DNA from: an uncultured virus (IMG/VR IMGVR_UViG_2684623188_000002)
Lineage: Duplodnaviria > Heunggongvirae > Uroviricota > Caudoviricetes
Reading direction: 5' to 3' (one strand)
IMG/VR virus record: IMGVR_UViG_2684623188_000002
DNA: 64,000 nt
The notes under the pieces were generated by a model. The model had not been told where the DNA came from. It saw only the letters and a program-made list of their open reading frames with translations, and ran no database searches. This document shows positions 9,218 through 19,124 of this stretch, piece after piece. The position numbers and the translations under genes are program-made. Within the stretch, counting starts at the first letter, position 1; every line of letters begins with the position of its first letter.

Positions 9218-9832
9218 CACTACCCTCCAATTGAACGGCATAGCCTACCTTGAGGCGCCGACGTCGCAAAGTCAGATCGCATTGCTCCGAATGGCAGGCC
9301 GGCGATAACCGGGGATCGAAGCCTGGGATGCCGCATAGAAATCGACAAAGGCCTTTATAATCAAGATCTTGATCTACAAATAGATCACAAAAAGCAGCAC
9401 CTTTTGCGACTCTTTAGAACCCAATAAACATTGGTCCAAACGGTTGCATTTTGGGGAAGATTTTCCTGCAGTAAAATCCCACCTCCGACGTCCTGCCGAA
9501 CGAACACAATCCATCTATCGCAGTAGTGAATCGCCGATTCAACGCTGGTATTCTCGTCGCCACGTTCACCTGTCATTAAGGGATGCCGGTGAAAATAGAA
9601 GCCCCGAAGTCGCGAACCTTCGGGGCTTTGCTTTCTTAACGGGATTTTTCTTCGTGAATTCCAGATAACGGAATTCGCTCCGAGACGCCATGTTGAGCAT
9701 GCTTTCGTAGGGCATGTTAATTTTTCCTACCTGATACGTAGGCATCTTCACACTCCAACCCCACTATTCGGGCTCTGAGCCAAGGTAAATACCTTGTAGA
9801 GATCGTCAATATAAAACATAACGGACAACAAC

Positions 9833-10636
9833 ATGCCTAAAAAACAATTTAAAAACACTTGCATATTCTGCGGCGATAGCTCAACAACCTATGAACACGT
9901 TTTCCCCAAGTGGATTGGAACAAAACTAGACCTCCCCAACACCCATTCCGTATATAATAGGGAGGTTTTCACCACAACAAAAAATGGTCAAAAAACTAGA
10001 GACCATTATCCAAAAAGATCATCCAACCCTATTGGCACCACTCAAATAAAAAAAGTCTGTCAGCCTTGCAATGGAGAATGGCTTAGCCAGTTCGAAGAAA
10101 AGATAATCCCTATATATGAAAGCCTTATCAACAACGAAGATCAGCAATTACAACCTGAAGAACAAAAAATGCTATCCGTATGGGCAACACTGATTTCAAT
10201 CAAGTGGGCACATACTGAAAACAACACACTTGGTTACTCAGAAAAACATTGGAATCCAATATTTTCAGATAGAAATACCCCAAAAAACACCCGAGTATGG
10301 ATAGGCCGAAGCGACGGAGATGACATACAGGCTTTCCACAGAGTCATGTATATCGGAAGAACATCTGAAGCCCCCTTAGCTGCAAAACTAATATCAACCG
10401 CACTTAAGATAGGACCTGTAGTTTTTCATGTATTAAGCCACGAAGATGATACGTTTGATTTTGTGAAACAAGCAAATCTAAAAAACACTGCCATGACGCT
10501 AATTAGTCGGCACGATAGTCAGAAAGCTATTTGCGCGCAAAAAAACATAGATCTAGACCGTATAACGTCAATGGCTACTTATTTTGGAATGCAACATAGC
10601 AAAGAGCATGTATTTAGGATTATGCAATCCTTTTGA
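9833..10636 (+). CDS. Zn-binding HNH-like protein, AT-rich moron
   Basis: CIFCG...EHVFPKW and VCQPCNGEW motifs. Confidence 0.65.
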   Translation: MPKKQFKNTCIFCGDSSTTYEHVFPKWIGTKLDLPNTHSVYNREVFTTTKNGQKTRDHYPKRSSNPIGTTQIKKVCQPCNGEWLSQFEEKIIPIYESLINNEDQQLQPEEQKMLSVWATLISIKWAHTENNTLGYSEKHWNPIFSDRNTPKNTRVWIGRSDGDDIQAFHRVMYIGRTSEAPLAAKLISTALKIGPVVFHVLSHEDDTFDFVKQANLKNTAMTLISRHDSQKAICAQKNIDLDRITSMATYFGMQHSKEHVFRIMQSF

Positions 10637-10646
10637 TTTTTATTAC

Positions 10647-11174
10647 TTATCTCCTATCGGAGACTTCATTTACATACGCCTGGCACGCCGCCAACGCGAT
10701 CAATCCTTGGTCGCCGTCATCGGTGATGCCGATAATTCGTTGAGCATGCGCCGGGTCAAGTCGGGCGCGCGCTCCTCCATGAACCACGCCGCCGGCGCCG
10801 GTAGCGGCTGGCACTGCGCAACCACCGGCTGAATCCGCTGCGTCGATGAGGACTGACAGCCGTAGATCGGCAGTAGCAAGGCGATCGCGCAGACGAGCCT
10901 GGTCCTTTTGAGCATTGGTCAAAACCTCGTGGTGGGTTTGGTCGCTGGCCGCTAGGCGCTGCTCGAGCGCTAAGCGTTTGTCTTGTTCGGCGCGCTGCTG
11001 GGCTGCGGCGGCCAGGGTCAGCTCGTTCAGCGTCTCGCCGTGGAGCCTCGATTGCTCGGCCAACTGCCGGCCGTAGCGCCAGTCCTGAAGCTGCCAGGCC
11101 AACGCCGCTGCACCGCCAGCCACAATGGCCAGCGCTGCAACGATACCGGCCAGCTTCCACGCCGCGGTATTCAC
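10647..11174 (-). CDS. Rz: i-spanin
   Basis: N-terminal TM, coiled coil, C-terminal LAACQAYV; follows endolysin. Confidence 0.88.
   Translation of the reverse strand: MNTAAWKLAGIVAALAIVAGGAAALAWQLQDWRYGRQLAEQSRLHGETLNELTLAAAAQQRAEQDKRLALEQRLAASDQTHHEVLTNAQKDQARLRDRLATADLRLSVLIDAADSAGGCAVPAATGAGGVVHGGARARLDPAHAQRIIGITDDGDQGLIALAACQAYVNEVSDRR
10700..10915 (-). CDS. Rz1: o-spanin embedded in Rz
   Basis: Nested ORF in another frame, lipobox-like IYGC, Pro-rich segment. Confidence 0.75.
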   Translation of the reverse strand: MLKRTRLVCAIALLLPIYGCQSSSTQRIQPVVAQCQPLPAPAAWFMEERAPDLTRRMLNELSASPMTATKD

Positions 11175-11620
11175 AGCAGAGCCCTGCGCAGCCCTTCCTC
11201 GAACACGGCATCCGGATATGGATTCCTGCCGTTTTCGTGAACGATGATCCCAAGCATCACCGAGCGCAGGGTCGCCGGGTTCTTGATGTCGATCACGTCG
11301 TTCGGCTGCACGCCCAGGCGCTTAGCGATTGCGGCGATGTAGGCCTCGGTGTTGTTCTCGTTCCCGGGCGCCCAGCGGGAGACAAACTCGCGAGGGGTGT
11401 CGATACCTTTGCCGCCGACACCGGGCATACCATCTTTGCCGCGGTAGTTGATCAGCAGCTTGCCCAGGGCGCGGATACCATTCTCGGCGGTGTCGAAGCG
11501 GGCGAACCGCTTCTCGATAGCCGGGTCTGGCTTCAGTTGGCCCTGCCATTGGTTGGCCGGGTTGTAGTCAATGTTTCCGGGGTTGCGGTTGCGCACTCCG
11601 CGCGTTTCGGTGGTGATCAT
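11171..11620 (-). CDS. Putative endolysin (RGxRNxNPGNI family)
   Basis: RGVRNRNPGNID, RWAPGNENNT, HENG; overlaps Rz start. Confidence 0.7.
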   Translation of the reverse strand: MITTETRGVRNRNPGNIDYNPANQWQGQLKPDPAIEKRFARFDTAENGIRALGKLLINYRGKDGMPGVGGKGIDTPREFVSRWAPGNENNTEAYIAAIAKRLGVQPNDVIDIKNPATLRSVMLGIIVHENGRNPYPDAVFEEGLRRALL

Positions 11621-11678
11621 GCTTTTCTCCATGCATAAAAAAACCCGCTCTAGGCGGGTATCGGTGTTCGGCTGGGTG

Positions 11679-12035
11679 TCAGGCTTCGATGGCAGGCGTT
11701 TCGGTGATTGCCGGCATCTCGACCGCTGGCGCATCCGGCACCAGGATGTGCAACGTGATCATGTGCTTCAGGTCATAGGGCTGGCCGTACTTGGTCACCG
11801 TCACCGTCAGCAAGCCGTCGGCGAACTCTGTTTCCACATCCGCGCGGCTGTCCATCTGGTTCACCGTGTAACCCCAGCCATCGTTGACTGGTGGAAACGG
11901 TACCAAACCCAAACTGCCGGCGATCTGGTAGATGCCTTTCGAGAGGCGGGTTGAGGAAACCTCGCTCACGCCCTGAGTCACGAAGTCATAGGTCGCGCCA
12001 GTAGCGCCCAGTACGTTGATTGCTGCTCTTGCCAT
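11679..12035 (-). CDS. Tail fibre-associated protein
   Basis: Directly downstream of fibre gene; beta-rich 118 aa. Confidence 0.6.
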   Translation of the reverse strand: MARAAINVLGATGATYDFVTQGVSEVSSTRLSKGIYQIAGSLGLVPFPPVNDGWGYTVNQMDSRADVETEFADGLLTVTVTKYGQPYDLKHMITLHILVPDAPAVEMPAITETPAIEA

Positions 12036-12037
12036 GC

Positions 12038-12823
12038 TCAGATCGCCTTCAATGTGCCGTCAGCAGCACGAGTGGTATTGCCAGTGTGGTAGAGATAACG
12101 CCAGACAGTTGAACCGGTTGAGTTCACGGTGCCTGGCGTCATCTTCGCCAGCTTTACCCCAACCTTGGGCTCTGTTCCGTTCTCGCCACCACCGCCTATG
12201 GCGATGATTCCGATCACAGCATTGACGCCGTCGTCGTAGCGGTTGGTGAAGTGCTGATTGATCGCCCCGTCAAAGGCGACGTACTGAGTGCCAGAGGCGT
12301 AATACTGCGAGCTGAACCCGGGAACCGTGCCCGTGCTACTGATTGCCGGGGTGTTCAGCCCCAGCAGCCCCCCCGACCCCACCAGCATCAACTGCCCTGG
12401 GGCTGTCCCTGCATTCCGCGTTGCGGCGGTACCAAGGCCCAGCCCGGTTCGGGCGGATGCCTGGTCAGTTCCGGCGGTTCCCCCCTTGCTGACCGGCAGG
12501 ATGTCGTAGTTGCCCGTGGTGCCCAGAGACGCCAGCTTGGCACCATACTGATTGACGATGCTGCGCAAAGCATCAGCAGAGTCTTTGACGTAACCCTGAA
12601 GCGGAGCCAGCGCATAGCCGCCGGCATTGTTCGTTGTGCCTTTGTAAGGCGGATCAATCGACATCGCCGTATCACTGGCAATGTTGGTCACTTCGTACCA
12701 GCCACCATCGGGGCCGCGAAAGCCATCACCGACCCGGCTATTGGCAATGAACGCGGTGTTAGCACCAATCACGGCGTTGGAATTTTGGACGACCGAAACC
12801 GTCCCGGCCTTGTACCAGGGCAT
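12038..12823 (-). CDS. Short tail fibre / receptor-binding protein
   Basis: MPWYKAGTVSV N-terminus, GGT...ARTGLGLGTAAT fibre motif. Confidence 0.8.
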   Translation of the reverse strand: MPWYKAGTVSVVQNSNAVIGANTAFIANSRVGDGFRGPDGGWYEVTNIASDTAMSIDPPYKGTTNNAGGYALAPLQGYVKDSADALRSIVNQYGAKLASLGTTGNYDILPVSKGGTAGTDQASARTGLGLGTAATRNAGTAPGQLMLVGSGGLLGLNTPAISSTGTVPGFSSQYYASGTQYVAFDGAINQHFTNRYDDGVNAVIGIIAIGGGGENGTEPKVGVKLAKMTPGTVNSTGSTVWRYLYHTGNTTRAADGTLKAI

Positions 12824-12850
12824 AAGCGATATCCTTGCAGAGTGTTGAGG

Positions 12851-13531
12851 CTACGCGTTCATCTTTGCGAACACGGCCGGGAGAAAGAACGCAATCGGGT
12901 TTGATGCGGCAATTGTGATGGCGTACAGCGTGTTGTTGGGGAAGTCCCACCAGCAATAGAGGTTCCGAGGGATACCACTACCCGAGGTCATGTTCATGCC
13001 GAAGTTATTGAGCAGTAGATACTCGTTCTGCGGGAAGTTGAAGGGAACCGTGTAATAGATCCTTGTCAGACCTTGTGGGTCCTTGTCATCCCTGACATAG
13101 CTCCAGTTTTGAAACGCCCTGGTGAACGTGGCGCACGATGTTCCGGAGTCGAATAGTAGATTGCCCGCCCCACCCCATAAGCGCATGCCGTACTGCGCAA
13201 CCGGCTGCGCCCCAAACGCCGCAACGAAATACCGGCCATTCGGCTGGGCTGTGTTGACGTTGTAGGCGCGGACATAGAACCCCGTCCAGTTACCCGCTGA
13301 GCCAATCAGCCTCATCATGCAAAGCCCGGCCACGCCATTGACCGTATCGGGGCGGACGAAGACCAGCGGAGGCTCTTGTGACGTCACTGGCCTGGCGAAA
13401 TAGGTGGTTGACCCCATGCCTGACTCTTCCGTTGGCGCAAACCTCCCGGAAGAAATGACCATCAGCCTGGCATATTCCGAATCGAGTACCACGGTGTTGC
13501 TGTTGTTGGTGAACTGAAGTCCATACGCCAT
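12851..13531 (-). CDS. Tail tip accessory protein
   Basis: Repeated YG(L/M) motifs, after gpJ. Confidence 0.65.
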   Translation of the reverse strand: MAYGLQFTNNSNTVVLDSEYARLMVISSGRFAPTEESGMGSTTYFARPVTSQEPPLVFVRPDTVNGVAGLCMMRLIGSAGNWTGFYVRAYNVNTAQPNGRYFVAAFGAQPVAQYGMRLWGGAGNLLFDSGTSCATFTRAFQNWSYVRDDKDPQGLTRIYYTVPFNFPQNEYLLLNNFGMNMTSGSGIPRNLYCWWDFPNNTLYAITIAASNPIAFFLPAVFAKMNA

Positions 13532-13854
13532 CAATTCCACCTCATCACAATCAACCGCATGGTTCCGCTTGCGACAGTGCTCGCCGCAAAACCACGCGTG
13601 TGGTTGTAAACCCGAGTGACGTTATCGATCAGCTCTGTTTCGAATTGCATCTGGCTATCGCTGTAGGCCCCAACCGGAACAACAATCGCCGAACCATTAC
13701 CTGGGCCTACGCCCGGCACCGAAAAGTCCTGATTGGCCTTGCTGCCGCCTACAGAGAAAGTCACCAGTGTCGACAGGGCCACTCGGATGGTGAAAGAGTT
13801 CTCATCGAGTTGGAGCGCCCCGTCGGCGCCCCATATCCGCATTCCATAGCTCAT
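13531..13854 (-). CDS. Tail tip accessory protein
   Basis: MSYGMRIW N-terminus, overlaps gpJ stop. Confidence 0.65.
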   Translation of the reverse strand: MSYGMRIWGADGALQLDENSFTIRVALSTLVTFSVGGSKANQDFSVPGVGPGNGSAIVVPVGAYSDSQMQFETELIDNVTRVYNHTRGFAASTVASGTMRLIVMRWN

Positions 13855-16800
13855 TCCGTGAGGTCTCCCAGCTGCAAACGCTTCATGTTGTTGTTATCCC
13901 AGAAGCGCAGAGATCGGTGCGTCTGGATCGATCTACCCTGTCCAGGCACCGAACCATTGATCTCAAAGGTCCCATCCTTGTTGAGAATCCAGCCCTGCTG
14001 GCCGGGGATGTAGTTCGTCGAGCTGATGTAGCTGCCGATCTTCGCGTTGGTGATGGTGCCGTCCTGGATGAACGCGTCACGGATAAACGTCTGCCCGTCC
14101 GTAACCGCAAAGGGAGAAACCGGCGTTCCGTTCGCCAGATTCAGCAACATGAAGGTGTCGGCCCGAACGACGAACTGAGACGAGACGCCCGACGGGTCAA
14201 CCTGAAGACCCAGGCCAAAGGAGGCTGCGTACTTCTGGCCGCCGGCCGTGGTCTCCATCTTCACGGACCAGAGCGTCGCCAGTTTGCCGTTAGTGTCTGC
14301 CAGCGCACTGGAGGTTTGCTGCACGGCTGCGGTGTTCTGCCCAACCGAAACGTTCAGCTGATCAATCTTCTTCGTCGATGCGGAGTCGTTGGTGGCCACT
14401 ACCTCTGTCAGCTCGGTGATATTTGCAGCGTTCGCGCCAATTTTCGCGTCGAAAGTTACAAGCTCACGGCCTATCGCCTCTGTCTCGGAAGCCCTAACGC
14501 TGCGCTCCGAGGCGATAGCCGCCGTACCGTTCCACCCGTCAATCGCGCCGGCCAGATCCCCCTCCCCGCCGTCGTCCCGCGAGGATGCCCGCAACGCCTG
14601 GAACGCTGTGGCCTGAGCGGTGACCACTCCGTCGAGCTCGGTGATATCTGCGGTGTTGAACGCCACCTGCTGAGCCAGGCCATTAGCCGTTTCGACCGAC
14701 TGCCCCACGTCCAGCCAGTAAGTGGCGTTCGGCGGCGGCGTGTTGATCGGAACCGGCCCCTTGGCCTGATAGAGCAACTGTCCGGAACGCACGATCGCGT
14801 TCTTAATATAGGTCTTGGCCGGGTCGTAGCTTTCGTCGAGCGCGTCGAGCTGGTCCTGCAGGCCGGGGATTTTTTCAATCTCGCCCAGCAGGTCCTCACC
14901 AAGCTCCGTTTTCGAGATCTTGCCAGCGAGCATGTCGAGGATCGGCCCAGCATCCGAACTCGCTTGCCCCATCACCCCCGTTCCAACTGGATACCACGGG
15001 CCGATATTGCCGGTCCGATCCACCAGCCGCGCCCAGAAGAACAGCGTGGCGCCGGCCTTGAGCTCTTGCATGGTGTAGTCGCTTTGCGGGTAGGCCAGGT
15101 CCGCCAGCTTCGTTGCCAACTCCAGACTAGTGCTCGGGCCGTACCAGATTTCCGTGCGCTGGGTGTCTTCGGCGCCAGCCGGAAAACCCCACTTGAGGCC
15201 GATGCCGAACAGCTGGCTGGTGGCGTTCAGGTACGAGACCGCCAGCGGCAACCCCTCCTTGCCCTTGAGCTGGGTCAGCATCGCGGCGCGCCAGCTCGAT
15301 GAGATGTCGAAGGCACTCACCGCCCGCACTCGAGCCAGATAGGCGCCGGCGTAGATGCCTACCACGTCGACACTGGTCATGCCCGTGCGTTGCAGCTTGA
15401 TCCAGTTGCCGCTGTCCTTGCGCCATTCAACGTCATACCCGACAGCACCGTTCACCGCCGGCCAGGTAATGGTCATGGTGGCGACAGCGATGCCCTGCGA
15501 AACAACAGAGCTCGACGTAACCGTGACGCTGGCCGGTGCTGGCACAACGGTGATCGGAATCACGCTGATCGGACGCTCTTCCAGGCGGGCGCCGGTGTCG
15601 ATGTAAGCGAACTTGCTCGGCTCATACTGCAGCGCGCTGATCTCAAAGTCGCCCTCGGTGGTGCGCCTGGTGCGAAGCACACGATACAGCGGGATCGCCA
15701 GATCATCGGCGTCGAGCGCCCATTGCAGCTGTGCGATCGGTGGCTCGCTGTAGGCGACAGTCACCGTTACGGCGCGACCATTGACGCTCTGCACGGTACG
15801 CCCCTCAGCGCGCCCACCCGGCAAGTTGATGATCAGCCGGTCGCCAGCCCTGGCCTGGGTGTCACGGTCCAGCGTCACAACGCGACCAGCAACAGCAGAA
15901 ATGCGCCCGCCAACTTCACGCCCCGCCAGCAGCGAATCCGCCACAGGAATGATGTGGCCAGGAAGCGGGATCACCCCTTCCATGCCCGCCTTGAACGACA
16001 CAGTGCGGTCCTGATTGTTGCTCAGGATCGCCCACTTGCCGCGACGCTGGGCCTCAGACGCCCGAGTGCAACCGATAGCGCTCAGTTCGGTCGGCTTATC
16101 GCCCATACGGCGCTGGAGAGCCAGATCCGCGAACGGAATGACGTCGGTGTCGTAGTTGTTGGCCGGGTTGTCGTAGCTGACCAGAGCCCGGGTGTAACGG
16201 GTCTTCGCCGAAGCGCTGCCGTACGAAAACTTGCCGTCGATGACGTTGGCACGAGTGAAGACATAGTCAAAGTCCTGCGCACGCGGCATGTCGGCCTGCA
16301 TCACCAGTTGGCCCTGGGCCCAATAGGTCATGCCCCGGTAGATGCCGGCGATATCGCGCAACAGCGACCAGGCATCAGCCTTGCCCTGAAGATTCATGTC
16401 ACACAGAAAACGCGGCTCTGTCCCGCCGAGGCCGTTCGGCACCAACTGATCACAGTATTGAGCGATCCGGTAAAGCTCCCACTTGTCGACCATGAACGAC
16501 TTGATGCGCTTGCCCAGGCCGAAACGGTCTTCTGTGCAGATGCCGTAAGTGATCCAGGCCGGGTTATTGGTCCAGGCCTGCTTCATGGTGCCGTCCCAAG
16601 TACCGGTGTAGGTCCGGGACATTGGGTCATAGTTGCTTGGCACCTGCCATTTACGGGCACGGCACCGCACAGTCACGGCCGGGATGTTGGTAAACTGCTC
16701 CGCATCGAACTCGATGTAGAGCAGCGCGGTGTTCGGGTAGCGCAGCTTTGCGTCGATCACTTCGGTGATGCCGGCGATCAACATGGTGTCGGCAATCTTG

Positions 16801-17408
16801 TTGCTGTTCTGGTTTGGCGTCAGACGGCGTACACGGATCAACCAGCCGCTGGTGGCGTCCGGTAGATCAACGCGGACGGACCGCTCGTAACGCGTGGTGG
16901 TCTTTCCGTCTACGGCGCCGGGATACACCTGCTGATATGCTCCGCCATCAGTGGCCAAATCGATGGCATAGTCGATTCGGTAGCCAACCACATTCCCTTC
17001 ATCATCCTGGCGCTGCAAAGCAGGCCACGCGAACCGCATGCGAATAGCGGAAAGCTGGGTGTTGGTGATCGAGCGCACCCACGGGCTGTCACTGCGCAAC
17101 TCCACATTCAGCGAGGTTTCATTCTCAACCGCCGGGATACCGGGAATGTACGACTGATCGACGGAACCCGATCGCCAGTCCCATTTCACATTCGGAAAAT
17201 TGTAGTTACCACTCGCATCTCGGATCGGCGTGTTGTCGAGGAAAATGCTGTAGTCCGTCGGCACCTCGTCGAATTCCCCCTCACCCACGGCAATCAACAT
17301 TTTCGCCAGGTTCGTCGAGCGCAGGCTGTCGCTGGCTTCAACCGGCGACTTTGGCTTGCTGCTGCCGCCCTTCTCGCCGTAGATATCGATCTTTTGTGCT
17401 GCGCCCAT
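13851..17408 (-). CDS. Central tail fibre / host specificity protein (gpJ-like)
   Basis: 1185 aa, GEG, YPNTAL, WTNNPAW, FnIII and C-terminal FVVRADTF regions. Confidence 0.93.
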   Translation of the reverse strand: MGAAQKIDIYGEKGGSSKPKSPVEASDSLRSTNLAKMLIAVGEGEFDEVPTDYSIFLDNTPIRDASGNYNFPNVKWDWRSGSVDQSYIPGIPAVENETSLNVELRSDSPWVRSITNTQLSAIRMRFAWPALQRQDDEGNVVGYRIDYAIDLATDGGAYQQVYPGAVDGKTTTRYERSVRVDLPDATSGWLIRVRRLTPNQNSNKIADTMLIAGITEVIDAKLRYPNTALLYIEFDAEQFTNIPAVTVRCRARKWQVPSNYDPMSRTYTGTWDGTMKQAWTNNPAWITYGICTEDRFGLGKRIKSFMVDKWELYRIAQYCDQLVPNGLGGTEPRFLCDMNLQGKADAWSLLRDIAGIYRGMTYWAQGQLVMQADMPRAQDFDYVFTRANVIDGKFSYGSASAKTRYTRALVSYDNPANNYDTDVIPFADLALQRRMGDKPTELSAIGCTRASEAQRRGKWAILSNNQDRTVSFKAGMEGVIPLPGHIIPVADSLLAGREVGGRISAVAGRVVTLDRDTQARAGDRLIINLPGGRAEGRTVQSVNGRAVTVTVAYSEPPIAQLQWALDADDLAIPLYRVLRTRRTTEGDFEISALQYEPSKFAYIDTGARLEERPISVIPITVVPAPASVTVTSSSVVSQGIAVATMTITWPAVNGAVGYDVEWRKDSGNWIKLQRTGMTSVDVVGIYAGAYLARVRAVSAFDISSSWRAAMLTQLKGKEGLPLAVSYLNATSQLFGIGLKWGFPAGAEDTQRTEIWYGPSTSLELATKLADLAYPQSDYTMQELKAGATLFFWARLVDRTGNIGPWYPVGTGVMGQASSDAGPILDMLAGKISKTELGEDLLGEIEKIPGLQDQLDALDESYDPAKTYIKNAIVRSGQLLYQAKGPVPINTPPPNATYWLDVGQSVETANGLAQQVAFNTADITELDGVVTAQATAFQALRASSRDDGGEGDLAGAIDGWNGTAAIASERSVRASETEAIGRELVTFDAKIGANAANITELTEVVATNDSASTKKIDQLNVSVGQNTAAVQQTSSALADTNGKLATLWSVKMETTAGGQKYAASFGLGLQVDPSGVSSQFVVRADTFMLLNLANGTPVSPFAVTDGQTFIRDAFIQDGTITNAKIGSYISSTNYIPGQQGWILNKDGTFEINGSVPGQGRSIQTHRSLRFWDNNNMKRLQLGDLTE

Positions 17409-17450
17409 ACTTTCCTCCAGGCATAAAAAAACCGCCCGGAGGCGGCTTGG

Positions 17451-17549
17451 TCATGAGCCATGAAGGCTCGCGTAAAGTTTCATCGCGTATTCAGCAACGC
17501 GAACCAGAGTAAAAACAACCACGAAGATCCGTGAAAACCATTTCTTCAT
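17451..17549 (-). CDS. 32-aa hydrophobic peptide, not in ORF track
   Basis: MKKWFSRIFVVVFTLVRVAEYAMKLYASLHGS; AAGGAGG SD in long hairpin 17554-17608; terminator ~17425-17448. Confidence 0.55.
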   Translation of the reverse strand: MKKWFSRIFVVVFTLVRVAEYAMKLYASLHGS

Positions 17550-17612
17550 CAGTAAAAACCCTCCTTTGACGAGGAAGGCCGATCCTTCCTCGCGTAGTGA
17601 GGGTTTTTGGCG

Positions 17613-18221
17613 TTAGGTCTTATCCTCAGCGTAGATCGAAGCCGAGATGATCATCCCGCCCCAGCGCCGGTCGCCGATGCAGATCGGCACCGGGTTACCA
17701 CTGGCAGTGGTGTTCTTGGCGCTGCCGAAGGCGTAGGACGGTGCGTTCTCGGGGGATGAGCTTTGCGATAAACCGCCCTGCTGAGGACTGAGCATCTGAA
17801 TCACGCCTCCGGCGATACTGGCTGTACCCGCCGCATACAGAAACGGTGATGCAGCCGCAAAGGGAGTGAACGAAAGCACGTATGCAGCGACAATCATTAC
17901 CGTGCCAATGATCGTCTGCAAGCCGCCGGCGCGTTTGCTGCCGCCGATCACCGGGACGATGCGGATTTCCCTTGTACCACCGAGATCGAATCCATCCATC
18001 CCGACATTCTTGCGGTTACGAAAGATCGCGAACTTCAACCCCAGCCGCTCGAGTCGCTTTATTTCTTCCGAGAAGCCCTCGATCGTTGCATTGAGCGCGC
18101 GGAACACTTCCACGGCCGAGCCACCATCCAAGAGGTATGGCTTACTGCGGAAAAACTTTTTCGCCAACGAGCCCGAGAGCATGACTTTCGTCGTGGGGGT
18201 ATAGGTTATAGCTGGGCACAT
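17613..18221 (-). CDS. Tail assembly protein (gpI-like)
   Basis: IRIVPVIGGSK, GGVIQMLSPQ, GNPVPI..G..ISA. Confidence 0.9.
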   Translation of the reverse strand: MCPAITYTPTTKVMLSGSLAKKFFRSKPYLLDGGSAVEVFRALNATIEGFSEEIKRLERLGLKFAIFRNRKNVGMDGFDLGGTREIRIVPVIGGSKRAGGLQTIIGTVMIVAAYVLSFTPFAAASPFLYAAGTASIAGGVIQMLSPQQGGLSQSSSPENAPSYAFGSAKNTTASGNPVPICIGDRRWGGMIISASIYAEDKT

Positions 18222-18263
18222 GCCATTCTCCAGACAATAAAAAACCGCCCGTAGGCGGTCAAT

Positions 18264-18686
18264 TCAAAGCGTTGTGGGGAGTATATCTATCTGCCCATCA
18301 CCGCCGGTAAACACTCGATATTTTTTAACTGCACCGTCTTTTACGATTGCCTCGCGCTCAACGCGGTCGGCCCCCATCGAACAGATACCTGAGCCGGTAT
18401 AAGCCGCTCCCACTGACACGGAATCAGGCGGCAGATAGAACGATGCCTTCTGACCTGGGTCGAGCTTGGCCGCCTGCTTACCGTCAATGAAAACTGCCAT
18501 CGAGCAAAGGCTGCCGGTGTGGCCAGAGTCGCGAATTACTTGAAGGGTGCCGTAGGCTCCAGATGGCTTGTTTTGATAGGCCAACAGCTGACTTTGTGGT
18601 GCCTGTCGAGCCTCACTAGATGGCGTTGATGAGGTCGCACACCCCGCCAGTATCGCCATCGCCAAAGCTCCTACGAACAATTTCAT
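18264..18686 (-). CDS. Moron lipoprotein 1
   Basis: MKLFVGALAMAILAGC. Confidence 0.85.
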   Translation of the reverse strand: MKLFVGALAMAILAGCATSSTPSSEARQAPQSQLLAYQNKPSGAYGTLQVIRDSGHTGSLCSMAVFIDGKQAAKLDPGQKASFYLPPDSVSVGAAYTGSGICSMGADRVEREAIVKDGAVKKYRVFTGGDGQIDILPTTL

Positions 18687-18733
18687 ATCGTTCCCTCGTT
18701 GAGATATAGCGAGACTTTAGCATTGAGGGGGGT

Positions 18734-18768
18734 AGAAACGAAAAAGCCCAGCACTAGACTGGGCTTTT
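18734..18768. terminator. Bidirectional terminator, repeat copy 1
   Basis: AAAAGCCCAG-CACTAGA-CTGGGCTTTT; 34/35 identical to 20719-20753. Confidence 0.8.
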
Positions 18769-18779
18769 CCACATCAGTT

Positions 18780-19124
18780 CTAGGCAGATTTACGGGAAAC
18801 CCTGATGGCATCAATCGCGTCTTGAGTAAGCGCCATAACTGTCACTGTGCTTACTTCAATCCGACTGATGATATCTGCTCTCGGGCCTTGTCTCCACGCA
18901 GTGCTTGCGTAAAAAGCATCTTGAGATGCTACGCGATGGCTCTCGCTTTCATAGGAGCGAATTAAGTGATAGCTGTCATCGTCATGCAAAGAACGGCCAT
19001 AAGAAACGACATCGATGCCAGCCTTCAAGTGAAGCGGAACACTTGCTTCTTGCATTATTCGATGGAAATCCAATCCCGACCCGGGCTTCAAGGTGTACAT
19101 CAGGATTTCAACAATTCGTGTCAT
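18780..19124 (-). CDS. NIPSNAP-like protein
   Basis: IVEILMYTLKPG...LIRSYES...FYAS.AWRQGPR; start reassigned to 19124. Confidence 0.75.
   Translation of the reverse strand: MTRIVEILMYTLKPGSGLDFHRIMQEASVPLHLKAGIDVVSYGRSLHDDDSYHLIRSYESESHRVASQDAFYASTAWRQGPRADIISRIEVSTVTVMALTQDAIDAIRVSRKSA

Noticed and set aside
9385..9760. Small overlapping ORFs around the hairpin at ~9599-9628
   Set aside because: No consistent SD or motif; only a terminator-like hairpin is supported
11679..12823. Diversity-generating retroelement or invertible fibre cassette
   Set aside because: No reverse transcriptase, template repeat, invertase or second fibre end seen in window
14690..14830. CBM-like segment in gpJ linked to the chitinase cargo
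   Set aside because: Only generic similarity to the chitinase CBM; no evidence of a functional link
13917..16865. Long plus-strand ORFs (461, 491 aa) opposite gpJ, and similar ones opposite TMP, minor head and the coiled-coil gene
   Set aside because: Antisense shadows of GC-rich coding genes; no motifs or SD
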